A stretch of 35,155 nt of DNA from Candidatus Sysuiplasma jiujiangense. Its GTDB lineage: Archaea; Thermoplasmatota; Thermoplasmata; Sysuiplasmatales; Sysuiplasmataceae. Shown here in pieces: positions 9,709 to 18,908 of the stretch (within the stretch, counting starts at the first letter, position 1; the number at the start of each line of letters is the position of its first letter). The notes beneath the pieces are model-generated. The model was not told where the DNA came from and made no database searches. It worked only from the letters and a program-made list of their open reading frames with translations. Both the position numbers and the translations under genes were made by a program. Location: contig JAHEAD010000019.1 in NCBI GenBank assembly GCA_019721075.1, positions 1 to 35,155 of the forward strand. Reading direction: 5' to 3'.

Positions 9709-11061
9709 ATTACAGAGATAGATATAATTGACAATGCCAAGCTGAGTCGAAGGCACTATAGCTGGACTTTTATCGCATCTCTGGGCGATTTTCTAGATGC
9801 TGGCATGTTCGCTGGCACTGGCATTACGCTCCTGGCTCTCATTTCATATCTGCATCTGAACGTTTTTGAATCAGGTCTTCCAGCGCTCATAACTCTTCTG
9901 GGAACGGCTTTTGGCGCTCTGTTTTTCGGTCCTTTGGGGGACAAGTATGGTAGAAAGTATATCTATCAGCTGGATATGGTAATTTATGCCATTGCTTCCA
10001 TTCTTTTGGCATTCACATTCAGTATCTATTGGGCATTGCCACTCTATGGACTTGTCGGAATAGCAGTGGGAGCAGATGTACCCACCTCGTGGTCGCTCAT
10101 ATCAGAATTCTCTCCCAAGAACCAGCGGGGAAAGCTGATGTCCATTACAAATGTGATGTGGTATGTTGCTGTTCTCGTCGAGCTCGCCATAGCCATCGCA
10201 CTCTACAACACAGGAATGATACTTTTCAGAACAATCTGGCTCATGCTTGGAATAGTGGCAATAATTGCCTGGGTTCTGAGAAGGAGGCTTGCAGAGTCTC
10301 CAAGGTTTGACGTTCTCTCAGGACATGAAGACAGGGTAAAAAAGACAATATCAGAACTCGGAGAGACTCCGTCAGCTGCAGATACAGGAAGAAAAGCGTC
10401 TTACAAAAAGCATCGCTATGGGGAGTTGTTTACAAAGTATTGGAAGCCACTGGTGTTTGCTTGGTTTCTTTACCTTATGTGGGGAATTCCAGCCTCAACA
10501 TATGGCGAATTCTTTCCGTATATATTCAGCTCTCTGCATCTTGTGAGCACCCAGGTCGTATTTGCGTTCGAAGCGATCTATTTTGGCTCTGCAATAGTGC
10601 CCGGTTTGCTTATCTACGCATATCTCTCTGACAGAGTTGGAAGGGTTCCCCTGTATCTTACAAGTGCCATTATGTGCTCTCTTTCGTTTTTCCTTCTTGT
10701 ATACCCGCCATTTCTGACAAATGTGCCGGTGCTCCTTCTCTCTTTCCTTCTGTTCGGTATAGGTCAGGGTATCGGTGTCTGGCCGGTTACTAGGCTCCTC
10801 TCACTGGAACACTTCCCGACGAGTGTCAGGAATTCCGGGCAGGGCTTTGTCTGGTTCACGATGAGGTTTGAGGCTGCAATATTCGGTCTGTTTACACCTC
10901 TTATAGTCGCCGTAAGTGTCACATATATAGGATGGATAGCGGGTATATTTTTCCTTGCAGCAATAATAGTTGTTGCCGCAGTGTCGCGCACCAACCCGTC
11001 ATTTGTCGGAACCGAAAGAAAATCACTAGAAACTACATCCAACGAACAGTTTTCTAAATGA
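9709..11061 (+). CDS. MFS sugar transporter, probable L-rhamnose or rhamnonate permease
   Basis: GPLGDKYGRK, SEFSPKNQRG, ESPRF and DRVGR motifs. The frame is open upstream of the first ATG (9805) through IDNAKLSRRH and TM1; proposed ATT start at 9709. Confidence 0.88.
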   Translation: MTEIDIIDNAKLSRRHYSWTFIASLGDFLDAGMFAGTGITLLALISYLHLNVFESGLPALITLLGTAFGALFFGPLGDKYGRKYIYQLDMVIYAIASILLAFTFSIYWALPLYGLVGIAVGADVPTSWSLISEFSPKNQRGKLMSITNVMWYVAVLVELAIAIALYNTGMILFRTIWLMLGIVAIIAWVLRRRLAESPRFDVLSGHEDRVKKTISELGETPSAADTGRKASYKKHRYGELFTKYWKPLVFAWFLYLMWGIPASTYGEFFPYIFSSLHLVSTQVVFAFEAIYFGSAIVPGLLIYAYLSDRVGRVPLYLTSAIMCSLSFFLLVYPPFLTNVPVLLLSFLLFGIGQGIGVWPVTRLLSLEHFPTSVRNSGQGFVWFTMRFEAAIFGLFTPLIVAVSVTYIGWIAGIFFLAAIIVVAAVSRTNPSFVGTERKSLETTSNEQFSK

Positions 11062-11087
11062 AATCCGATGAGCGACAAGGAAGCCAC

Positions 11088-11861
11088 ATGAAGAACGTCC
11101 TATCTTTCAAAGGAAAGAATGCCATGGTCACCGGTGGGTCAAGGGGCATAGGTCACGCTATTGCGCTTGGTCTTGCCAGCAGGGGTGCTAATGTCTGTAT
11201 TTCTTATTCGAAGAGCGACGGTGCCGCAAAAGAAACAGTGGAGTCGATGTCCCGTTATGGTGTGAACGCCGTTTCATATAAGATTGATCAGAACAATATC
11301 GAGGAGATCCCGGGGCTGTTCAGATTTGCAGAAAAGAATATCGGTGATATCAACATACTTGTCAATAATGCAGGCATCTGTCCGTTCAAAGATTTTTTTG
11401 AAATAGACAGGGAACTGCTGGAAAGCGTATGGCGTGTAAACTTCGAGAGTCATTTCATACTCACGCAGCTTGTCTCAGAGAGAATGATTGAAGATAAGAT
11501 AGAAGGCAGAATACTGTTTATAAGTTCGATAAGTTCAAGGGTAGGTGGTGAATTTCAGACACACTACACACCGACAAAATCTGCAATCAACGGCCTTGTT
11601 CATTCGCTTTCAATAGTCCTTGGAAAAAACAGGATACTGGTAAATTCGCTGGAGCCTGGAACAATTCTGACAGACATAAACAGGGAAGACCTATCCAACA
11701 GGGCAAAGAGGAAATATATGGAAAAGAGGGTGGCTATTGGCAGGATAGGAAGGCCGGAGGATATGGTCTGGCCCGCTCTCTTCCTTGTTTCCGACGAGAA
11801 CACATATGTGACTGGAACTGAACTGCTCGCTGATGGCGGAATGCTTGTGAATCTTCAATGA
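11088..11861 (+). CDS. L-rhamnose 1-dehydrogenase (SDR, LRA1-like)
   Basis: TGGSRGIG, NNAGICPF, QTHYTPTK, PGTILTDINREDL and DGGMLVNLQ, characteristic of LRA1-type enzymes. ORF is open from 11058. Confidence 0.85.
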   Translation: MKNVLSFKGKNAMVTGGSRGIGHAIALGLASRGANVCISYSKSDGAAKETVESMSRYGVNAVSYKIDQNNIEEIPGLFRFAEKNIGDINILVNNAGICPFKDFFEIDRELLESVWRVNFESHFILTQLVSERMIEDKIEGRILFISSISSRVGGEFQTHYTPTKSAINGLVHSLSIVLGKNRILVNSLEPGTILTDINREDLSNRAKRKYMEKRVAIGRIGRPEDMVWPALFLVSDENTYVTGTELLADGGMLVNLQ

Positions 11862-11902
11862 TCGCTGCTTCTTATGCCGAACTCACATTGTGCTACAAAA
11901 AT

Positions 11903-12208
11903 TCAGTCTAATCTGTAAATTTCACGCAACCCTTCCGAAATCCGATCGTCAGAAGGTGTCTCAAGCACTTCCGACATGTGGTTCTGCCAGTCAGCATTTA
12001 TTCTGCTATCTCTCAGAAACTTCAGTGTCTCATTTATGTCATTACATTCCCAGTATCCAAATACATCCAGACCGTCGATGTAGATCGAATAATTTCTTAT
12101 ACCCGATCTCTTCAGCTCATCAATCATCGAAGGCCATACGTTCCTGTGCCTTGCGACGTATTCCGTCTCCATATTTTTCCTTATCTTTAGATGAAAGGCA
12201 TATCTCAT
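11903..12208 (-). CDS. rhaM: L-rhamnose mutarotase
   Basis: MRYAF...EYVARHRNVWP...GIRNYSIY...WQNHM...REIYRLD. Confidence 0.92.
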   Translation of the reverse strand: MRYAFHLKIRKNMETEYVARHRNVWPSMIDELKRSGIRNYSIYIDGLDVFGYWECNDINETLKFLRDSRINADWQNHMSEVLETPSDDRISEGLREIYRLD

Positions 12209-12248
12209 CTTTACTTCCACCCTTTTGTTTCGCATATTCACTTTCTTT

Positions 12249-12965
12249 TCAGCATTCAACTGAATTTTCATACATCCATTTAGCAAGTAATTTATTCTCC
12301 GCCCTCCTGAGGTATTCCTGAAGGGTGGATTTTGAAAGATTTAGCATCGTGCACATATCCTCCAGATGAAAAGTTCTTGGTATTGCATAGTAACCAAGGC
12401 GGAATGCCATGATGAGTGCATCACGTTCGGCATCCGTAAGGTCAAGCACCACTGGCGCCTGCTCGCTCACGTGAGCGTTCGAGAGCCTGTAATAAGAAAG
12501 GGTTCCCAGACAGCTGAGATCGCTGTAAAGCCTGTTCACCTCACTTTTTGGAATCACAGCCGTTATGTGCTCAACGTCTCCTGAAATCAGGTCATTCTGA
12601 TAAATGGAGGAGTGTTCATAAAGAAGGGATGAAACCATTCCGTCATAAACTTCCCTGAATGTTACTTTGAACAACTTGCGCTGATAGTTAACGGGCGCAA
12701 TCTCCAGTATTTCCGTGATTTTTTTTGATCTTTTGAAGGAGCGTAGAAATCTTTTGACCGCATCAAGGCTCACGCTCTTCACCTCGATAACCCCAAGTAT
12801 GCAATTCTTCTCCTTAAACGGCTTACTTATGAGCGTGTGCACCTTTACTGTATTCTCTCCTGTTAATTCCGTCCAGCAACCTTCGTGCTTTATCCCGAAG
12901 CGCACAGTGGCGAAGTAGGTTCCAGACTGCGTCTTAAGTTCCATTGCTGCCCCCATTATCCGCAT
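12249..12965 (-). CDS. Bacterio-opsin-activator-type (HTH_10) transcriptional regulator
   Basis: C-terminal LTDAERDAL..AFRLGYY.IPR...LSKSTLQEYLRRAE; N-terminal HEGCW. Start may be at 12944. Confidence 0.85.
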   Translation of the reverse strand: MRIMGAAMELKTQSGTYFATVRFGIKHEGCWTELTGENTVKVHTLISKPFKEKNCILGVIEVKSVSLDAVKRFLRSFKRSKKITEILEIAPVNYQRKLFKVTFREVYDGMVSSLLYEHSSIYQNDLISGDVEHITAVIPKSEVNRLYSDLSCLGTLSYYRLSNAHVSEQAPVVLDLTDAERDALIMAFRLGYYAIPRTFHLEDMCTMLNLSKSTLQEYLRRAENKLLAKWMYENSVEC

Positions 12966-13134
12966 GGTGATTCAACGGTTAACTTCTTTTCGCCTTTGGT
13001 AGCGGTTTTAGGACTATAAAGTCAGCATGCCTGATTTTCTGAGGAAAGGTGTGGAAGTCACACTTGTAGCCAGCCCGGAACTGTACGGACAAACGTTATT
13101 GAACAACCGGATTATGAAGTTATAGGTGATAGAG

Positions 13135-14148
13135 TTGAAGTCACTCCTGTGGGCAGACATAGGTCGCATTAAGGTTACCGAATCTGAGAAACCGCATCCG
13201 CGTAATGGCGACTTACTGGTTAAGGTGAAATATTGTGGTATATGCGGTTCTGAATTGTCTGCATACACAGGGCATAATGAATTGAGAAAGCCTCCAAGCG
13301 TAATGGGTCATGAATTTTCAGGGTACATCGTTGAGACAGGTGACAATTCACTCGAATGGATGATAGGCAGACTTGTGACAGTCAATCCTCTCGTGACATG
13401 CGGCAGGTGCAGGTACTGTGCGAACGGCGACAGGCAGCTCTGTCCGGAAAGAAAGATAATCGGCATAAACTTCAATGGAGGCTTTGACCAGTATGTTTCT
13501 GTTCCTTCCTACGCTGTGCATGAAGTGAACGATGCCCTATATGGTTCGCTGACCGAGCCACTCGCATGTGCTGTAAGAGCTGTAAGGCAGGCAAATGTTT
13601 CAGTAGGGGACTATGTCCTAATTGCTGGAGCCGGAACCATCGGGCTCCTCTCTGCCAGGATGGCGCTTGTGTCAGGGGCGTCGGAGGTTGTAATGGTTGA
13701 GACAAACAGTTTTCGCAGGGAACTGTCGTTGAAGTACGGAGTCACCGCTGCCTTGATTCCAGAAATGGTTGAGGAACATTTAGACAGGGCAGGAAACAAA
13801 ATTGGATTTGACAGGGCGATAGATGCCGTAGGGTACAATGCAACCAGGAATCTGCTTGTAAGGCACGTGAGAAGAGGTGGGACAGTATCACTCCTTGGGC
13901 TTCATGAGAATAGGATGGATCTAGATGGAAACAATGTGGTGAGAAGTGAGACAGGCATTTCAGGCTCATTTTGTTACAGTAATGAAGATTTCAGAGTGGC
14001 GGTTGACTTCATAAACAGGGGACAGCTGAGGGGTGCAGAAAAGTGGTTTGAAGTCAGGGGTGCTGGAACAGCGGATGAGAGCTTTAAGGATCTGCTTAAG
14101 ACAGACTGCAAAGTGTCCAAAATAATTCTCGATATGGAAGATATATAG
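13135..14148 (+). CDS. Zn-dependent MDR dehydrogenase, candidate 2-keto-3-deoxy-L-rhamnonate dehydrogenase
   Basis: CGICGSE, GHEFSG, CGRCRYC...C, EPLAC and GAGTIG motifs. TTG at 13135 follows AGGTGA; the ORF is open from 13126. Confidence 0.82.
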   Translation: MKSLLWADIGRIKVTESEKPHPRNGDLLVKVKYCGICGSELSAYTGHNELRKPPSVMGHEFSGYIVETGDNSLEWMIGRLVTVNPLVTCGRCRYCANGDRQLCPERKIIGINFNGGFDQYVSVPSYAVHEVNDALYGSLTEPLACAVRAVRQANVSVGDYVLIAGAGTIGLLSARMALVSGASEVVMVETNSFRRELSLKYGVTAALIPEMVEEHLDRAGNKIGFDRAIDAVGYNATRNLLVRHVRRGGTVSLLGLHENRMDLDGNNVVRSETGISGSFCYSNEDFRVAVDFINRGQLRGAEKWFEVRGAGTADESFKDLLKTDCKVSKIILDMEDI

Positions 14149-14214
14149 GTGCCAAATGAGAACGTAAAATGTAATGCCGTCGATACATGTGATTAATACA
14201 GCAGGAAAAATCGT

Positions 14215-15147
14215 ATGAGTGAAAGAATTGATATTGACCCCAGGAAGACGAAAAATCAGCTTATGACCATCAGAAAAACCGTTTTTGAAAATCTTATGGA
14301 TGACTTTGTCCCATTTCCTATTAACAGAAAATTATGTTCCGAATGGGCGAGAAGACTGAATATTCCCATGAAGGGGGAAGTGATACTTTACACTTCATAT
14401 ATGTACCAGCTTGCCAGTCTTTTCCATCAATATGAGAGTATAATTGCAAGGGTTGGAAAGCTCGCTGGTGTGAAGGCACTCTCCCGTATTGGCACGCTGG
14501 TTGTCAGAACGGACAGAGATGAGATTGAGCGCGCAGGAAATATACTGTCCAAAATTTCCAGTCTGCTGACGGAAGCTGGCGTTGATTTTTCCTATCTTTA
14601 TGAAGAGGAGCCATACAGCGGAGCTATACTTCTGGAACTTGGGATGATTCAGGAATTCCGTTCGTACGGAGAGAAACTTTCCAGTTTCCTTGCGTCTAGG
14701 GGAATAACAACGGTTATTACGGTTGACCCTCACACACTAAATGCACTTTCCAGACTCAAGGAAATGTCACTTCTTGAAGCCGAAGTCAAAAGTTACCTTG
14801 ATCTCATTAAAGTCCATAGCCTCAGTGGCACAAGCAAAACTTACGTCTTCCATGACTCGTGCCTCTATTCACGCTATCTCGGAAGAAGGGAAATTATAAG
14901 AAAACATCTGATTGATGCAGGTATGGATTTGAAAGAGGATGACGTAGTTACTGGATTGCGAACATCGATGTGTTGCGGAGCACCGGTGGGTTCGGTAAAT
15001 CCTGCACTCAGCAACAAAGTAGCAGAGGTGCGCGCTAACTCCCTTAAACGTGTTTCTGGGAAAATACTCGTCGCGTGCCCCCTTTGCTATCAGAATCTAT
15101 CAAAGCATGCAGATGGCATCATGGATATAATGGAAGTGATCATCTGA
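14215..15147 (+). CDS. CCG-domain Fe-S oxidoreductase (LutA-like)
   Basis: FHDSCLY, MCCGAP and ACPLC in the second domain; first domain degenerate (YSGA, TVDPH). Coupled to the LutB-like gene. Confidence 0.78.
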   Translation: MSERIDIDPRKTKNQLMTIRKTVFENLMDDFVPFPINRKLCSEWARRLNIPMKGEVILYTSYMYQLASLFHQYESIIARVGKLAGVKALSRIGTLVVRTDRDEIERAGNILSKISSLLTEAGVDFSYLYEEEPYSGAILLELGMIQEFRSYGEKLSSFLASRGITTVITVDPHTLNALSRLKEMSLLEAEVKSYLDLIKVHSLSGTSKTYVFHDSCLYSRYLGRREIIRKHLIDAGMDLKEDDVVTGLRTSMCCGAPVGSVNPALSNKVAEVRANSLKRVSGKILVACPLCYQNLSKHADGIMDIMEVII

Positions 15148-16289
15148 CTTCTGAATGGGAAAAAGCAGTCGACCGCGCTATAAATAACAATGTCCGAAGT
15201 GTGAATAGGATACTGTCCAGTTTCAGCGATTTGAGCTCTATGGCAGATGAACTCAGGACAGCAAAACTTGAGGTACTGGACAACCTAGAGCATTATATTG
15301 AGCTGACAATAAAATCTGTCGAAGCCTCCGGAGGCAAGGCTTATCTTGCGAGAACCAGAGAGGATGCAGTAAAGCTGGTTACAGACCTTGTAGGGGAAAG
15401 GAAAAAAATCGTTCTGTCCAAGTCCAACGTCATGCTGGAAATAGGAATAAGAGAAAGGCTGGAATCCTCAGGCAAGGATGTTTGGGAAACAGATCTTGGT
15501 GAATTCATTGTCCAGATCGCAGAAGACTCCCCGTCACACATTGTTGCACCTGCATTGCACTTCACACGGCAGGCGATTGGTAGGCTGTTAAACGAAAAGA
15601 TTGACAGATCGATCAATGAAAACTCATCGACTGAGATGATGGTTTCAACGGTCCGTGAATTTCTCCTGCAGAAGTATCTGAAGGCAGAGGTGGGTCTCAC
15701 TGGTGCCAACTCAGTTGCTGCAGACACAGGATCTGTTGCTCTTCTTGAGAATGAGGGCAACATACGCATGGTCACGGTCCTTCCCCAGATGCATATCGCT
15801 GTGACAGGAATTGACAAGATACTACCATCGCTCAAAATGGCGATGATGGAAACACTCGTCCAGTCAGCATATGGTGGTCTTTATCCCCCAAGCTATATCA
15901 ACATAACATCGGGTCCGAGTTCAACGGCAGATATAGAGCTGCATAGAGTCAGCCCTGCCACGGGTCCCAAGGAGTTTCATCTGGTTCTAGTGGATAATGG
16001 CAGGTCTGAGGCAAATCTGGACCCCGAGCTCAGGGAGGCACTTCTGTGCATAAAGTGCGGGCGGTGCTATTTCTCATGCCCCGTTTACAGGGTACTGGGC
16101 AAGGACTGGATAACCCCTCCATATGGCGGGCCTACAGGCGCTATGTGGACAGCCATTGTCAACAGGGACATTTTTCCGGCCAACCTCTGCACGCACTCCG
16201 GCGGATGTAAGGAGGTTTGCCCCGTCGGTATAAACATCCCTCGCATCCTCGAGCATATCAAGGAACTTGGTTTCAGCAACCAGGGTTGA
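15144..16289 (+). CDS. lutB: LUD-domain lactate utilization protein B with 4Fe-4S motifs
   Basis: WETDLGEFIVQ, PSHIVAPALH, ENEGN, ITSGPS, CIKCGRC...CPVY and CKEVCPV. Probable CTG start at 15144 overlaps the upstream TGA. Confidence 0.88.
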   Translation: MTSEWEKAVDRAINNNVRSVNRILSSFSDLSSMADELRTAKLEVLDNLEHYIELTIKSVEASGGKAYLARTREDAVKLVTDLVGERKKIVLSKSNVMLEIGIRERLESSGKDVWETDLGEFIVQIAEDSPSHIVAPALHFTRQAIGRLLNEKIDRSINENSSTEMMVSTVREFLLQKYLKAEVGLTGANSVAADTGSVALLENEGNIRMVTVLPQMHIAVTGIDKILPSLKMAMMETLVQSAYGGLYPPSYINITSGPSSTADIELHRVSPATGPKEFHLVLVDNGRSEANLDPELREALLCIKCGRCYFSCPVYRVLGKDWITPPYGGPTGAMWTAIVNRDIFPANLCTHSGGCKEVCPVGINIPRILEHIKELGFSNQG

Positions 16290-16332
16290 CGCAACATGTG
16301 CTTCCGTTCAAATTTGTTCGCTCGTCCGTTAA

Positions 16333-16355
16333 GTGCAGACTGCAAATGTCTGCAC
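16333..16355. terminator. Hairpin downstream of lutB
   Basis: GTGCAGAC-TGCAAAT-GTCTGCAC, a perfect 8-bp stem. Confidence 0.35.
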
Positions 16356-16416
16356 CACTGCACGCCGGGATACCATTCATTTCCGTCCCATGAAAGTCCG
16401 TGGCTGGTCAGCTTCG

Positions 16417-16491
16417 GAGAATTCTGCCGCTGGCGGGCAGGATAATGCCTGCTGTTGTTTTGACGGTTGTGGTTTCGCCTGCGCCGGACTT
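16417..16491 (-). pseudogene. ABC transporter ATPase fragment (decayed Walker A region)
   Basis: Reads *KSGAGETTTVKTTAGIILPASGRIL, resembling GxxGAGKTT...GIIxPxSGRI; bounded by stop codons. Confidence 0.55.
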
Positions 16492-16522
16492 CTACATCAG
16501 GTGCGAGAAAGTGAGATGCGGG

Positions 16523-17010
16523 ATGATGGAAAAGGCGGACATGCAGGGACAGAGGAGGGGCAACGCACCGAGGAGGCTGCTCGTCCTGCTCAACAGACTC
16601 CATCCGCCGCCGAAGTCACTCGGCTCCATTCAATCCGACGCGGAAGCACTCCTCGAGAGGATGGAGTGGTTTGACCGCACGAGACGTGTGCTCAGGTATC
16701 GCAACGGACCCATACCCCTGAGCACGAAGCACACGCTTTCCGACACTGAGCTGGAGAAGGGAAGGAGGAGGCTCGACTGACTTCACTCGATGATTGGAAG
16801 AGAACTGGGCATCGGCGGTGGTGCAAAAAGGTGTGAATTCCACAGGGTGCTGTGCTCAATAGACAGCGACCTCATGGAAAGGATGGATAAGCTGTTGGCA
16901 CCCAATGTGATTGTACAATCGGAGTGCGGACAGGTCATCAGGCGGCTGCGCAGGCACAGCAGGAGGGATCACGGGCAATGCACATGTCGACGACCATGTT
17001 CAGAACAAAA
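16523..17010 (+). pseudogene. Probable transposase remnant
   Basis: ORFs 16400-16780 and 16790-17128 are in one frame split by a TGA. WFDRTRRVLR..PLS and KLLAPNVIV...RRLRRHSRR resemble the C-terminus of archaeal ISNCY-like transposases (from memory). Confidence 0.35.
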
Positions 17011-17626
17011 GACCCGGCATGCTGCTCCTCGACAATCTGAAGAACGGAGTCTAAGTCAGGGAGGTAAATGGTTCCATCCCGAACCTGCCGAAGCGTTTCT
17101 CAACTGTCTCGCAGAAGTCGCTGAATAATGCAAAAAATATTCTGCAGTGTTCAGGCACAAATGAATAGGAACAACCGCCTATTGCCACAATAGGAAGATT
17201 CTGGTCAAAACTGGCCGGCAGTTATCTATTGTCACAATAGCAGAATAGCACCCATATTCGCTGATCCCGCCATTTAAGTTGATATTGCAAATCCGGCATT
17301 GCAAGCTCCATATGGCCGGAGCAGAGTTTTGCGGAAAAATGCGTATGACGTATGAGACGCAGCCGTGCCGGAGTAAAAACAATTCGTATCTGTTGATGTA
17401 TCTGTTAACGTAAATAGATTTGCCGGAAAGGCGCGCCCTGTCCGACTCTGTCCCTCCCTCTGCGGCACATTAGGGGCACTCGGGGCACTCAGGCTCCTTT
17501 CAGTTTCCACCTCATCCGTCAGTTAGACAAAGCCTGGGCAGAATTTCTTCCATGCCTTTCGGGCAGGGTGTGACAATATGCGGGAAGTCTGATGGTCCGG
17601 CAGCCGTATAACGGACCGGCCGGTAC

Positions 17627-18310
17627 TCAGCTGCAGCAGACAGCTGATTCCAGTTTTCTGTATGAATAGACGGCTGAAAAAAGCATCAGCAGCGTGAATG
17701 CGATATTGTCCAGGATCTGATAGGTGTATGACAGTGCATAGAGTGCGCCGGTCTGTGACAGTGAAAGGTGAAAGAGCGACACCGCTGCGATCAGTCCGAA
17801 CGGAGCATAGCAGCAGCTGCCGCTGAATACTGCAGGTATGACTGATGCGAGACTGGCCATGCCGCTTCTGCCCGAGGATCTCCGGCGGCGGATAAGCCCT
17901 GCAAATATCAGCATGTTGACGGCAAAGAGCAGCGACAGCACCGTCGAGAAGAATAACGGCCCAATGAGGAGACTGAGCATGAGGTTAGGCGTGACGAACC
18001 AGAGCAGGCCGGATTCGTAGACGTTTGCGGGATACTGCCAGTATGCAAGGAAGTTGACAACGATCGGATTCGTTCCTCCCGCCGAGATAACCTGCGAAAG
18101 CGCATTGTAGCTGAAGTACGCAATGATGCCTGTGCTCATAGCATAGAGGAGCCAGTAACCGGCCAGTGAAGCCAGGAAAAGGATCCTGCCGCCGGCAGTC
18201 CTCAGGGAGTGATGCACGAATGCGCGCAACATGCGCATTGTGTCCACTGCCTTTATCCTCCCCGCATCACGGGTGAATGCTGTCCCTGAAACCGTGTTGC
18301 CCGCAGACAT
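17627..18310 (-). CDS. Multi-TM membrane protein with vicinal Cys pairs, mer-associated
   Basis: About 4-5 hydrophobic segments, SGSCC, C-terminal AVCCS; downstream of merA on the same strand. Confidence 0.75.
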   Translation of the reverse strand: MSAGNTVSGTAFTRDAGRIKAVDTMRMLRAFVHHSLRTAGGRILFLASLAGYWLLYAMSTGIIAYFSYNALSQVISAGGTNPIVVNFLAYWQYPANVYESGLLWFVTPNLMLSLLIGPLFFSTVLSLLFAVNMLIFAGLIRRRRSSGRSGMASLASVIPAVFSGSCCYAPFGLIAAVSLFHLSLSQTGALYALSYTYQILDNIAFTLLMLFSAVYSYRKLESAVCCS

Positions 18311-18312
18311 GG

Positions 18313-18555
18313 TCAGTCAGACCCGCCTGTTTCCGTATCTCTAACTGTGCAATATGTCTTTGGCATCTTCAGCAGATTTAATTTAAATCCGGCATTAGTC
18401 CGACGGCCATCAAATCGGCGCATAAACCGGCGGACACCGCAGTTATTCCGAGACACAGACCACCTCTGCTCCATTTTAACGATATGTTCTGCGTTATCGG
18501 CCGTCCCGGGCTGCGTGGCATTGTATCCTTTCAGTGTGGAACACTTCTGTTTCAT
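18313..18555 (-). CDS. Hypothetical small protein (doubtful)
   Basis: Fills the gap within the mer operon and has a G-rich RBS-like run upstream; no recognisable motif. Confidence 0.25.
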   Translation of the reverse strand: MKQKCSTLKGYNATQPGTADNAEHIVKMEQRWSVSRNNCGVRRFMRRFDGRRTNAGFKLNLLKMPKTYCTVRDTETGGSD

Positions 18556-18621
18556 ATCAGCCCCCGCCGCAATGAATATCAGTTTTAAATCCGGTTTCAG
18601 GCAGGTTCAGTCTGCACCCGG

Positions 18622-18819
18622 TCATTTTTCGCCGTTCCTGTTCTTATTCACGAAGATGGAAAGAATCAGCGGGATTGCACAGCAACCGAACAGAGCGATC
18701 ACAACAGCTACAGTACCAAGAGCAGCGCCGAACCCGGCGGCGTAATTACGGCCGGCAACAAAGAGCAGAGCGAGAAAAACCAGTATTGCGGCAGCAATCG
18801 TCAAGTACCTTGCCCTCAT
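18622..18819 (-). CDS. Small two-TM protein with GCC motif, candidate Hg(II) transporter
   Basis: 65 aa, two hydrophobic helices, LFGCCAIP; directly downstream of merA. Confidence 0.7.
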   Translation of the reverse strand: MRARYLTIAAAILVFLALLFVAGRNYAAGFGAALGTVAVVIALFGCCAIPLILSIFVNKNRNGEK

Positions 18820-18908
18820 TAAAAACCACCATACTGCCAGTCCGCCATTTTATTTCCCTGCTTCCCCATTTATCGCCGTTAATGCCGTGGCCTGATTTTT
18901 GTCACATT

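Noticed and set aside
13027..13125. 32-aa ORF (MPDFLRKGVEVTLV...NNRIMKL) faintly like an FAH-hydrolase C-terminus, upstream of the MDR gene
   Set aside because: Resemblance is too weak to call without an HMM search, although it would explain the missing diketo-hydrolase.
16778..16780. In-frame TGA (and TAG at 34275) as selenocysteine or pyrrolysine recoding
   Set aside because: Both lie in otherwise decayed frames, and no Sec or Pyl machinery or SECIS is evident.
17387..17490. Short tandem repeats GTATCTGTT x2 and GGGGCACTC x2
   Set aside because: Only two copies each with no spacer structure; not CRISPR or iterons.
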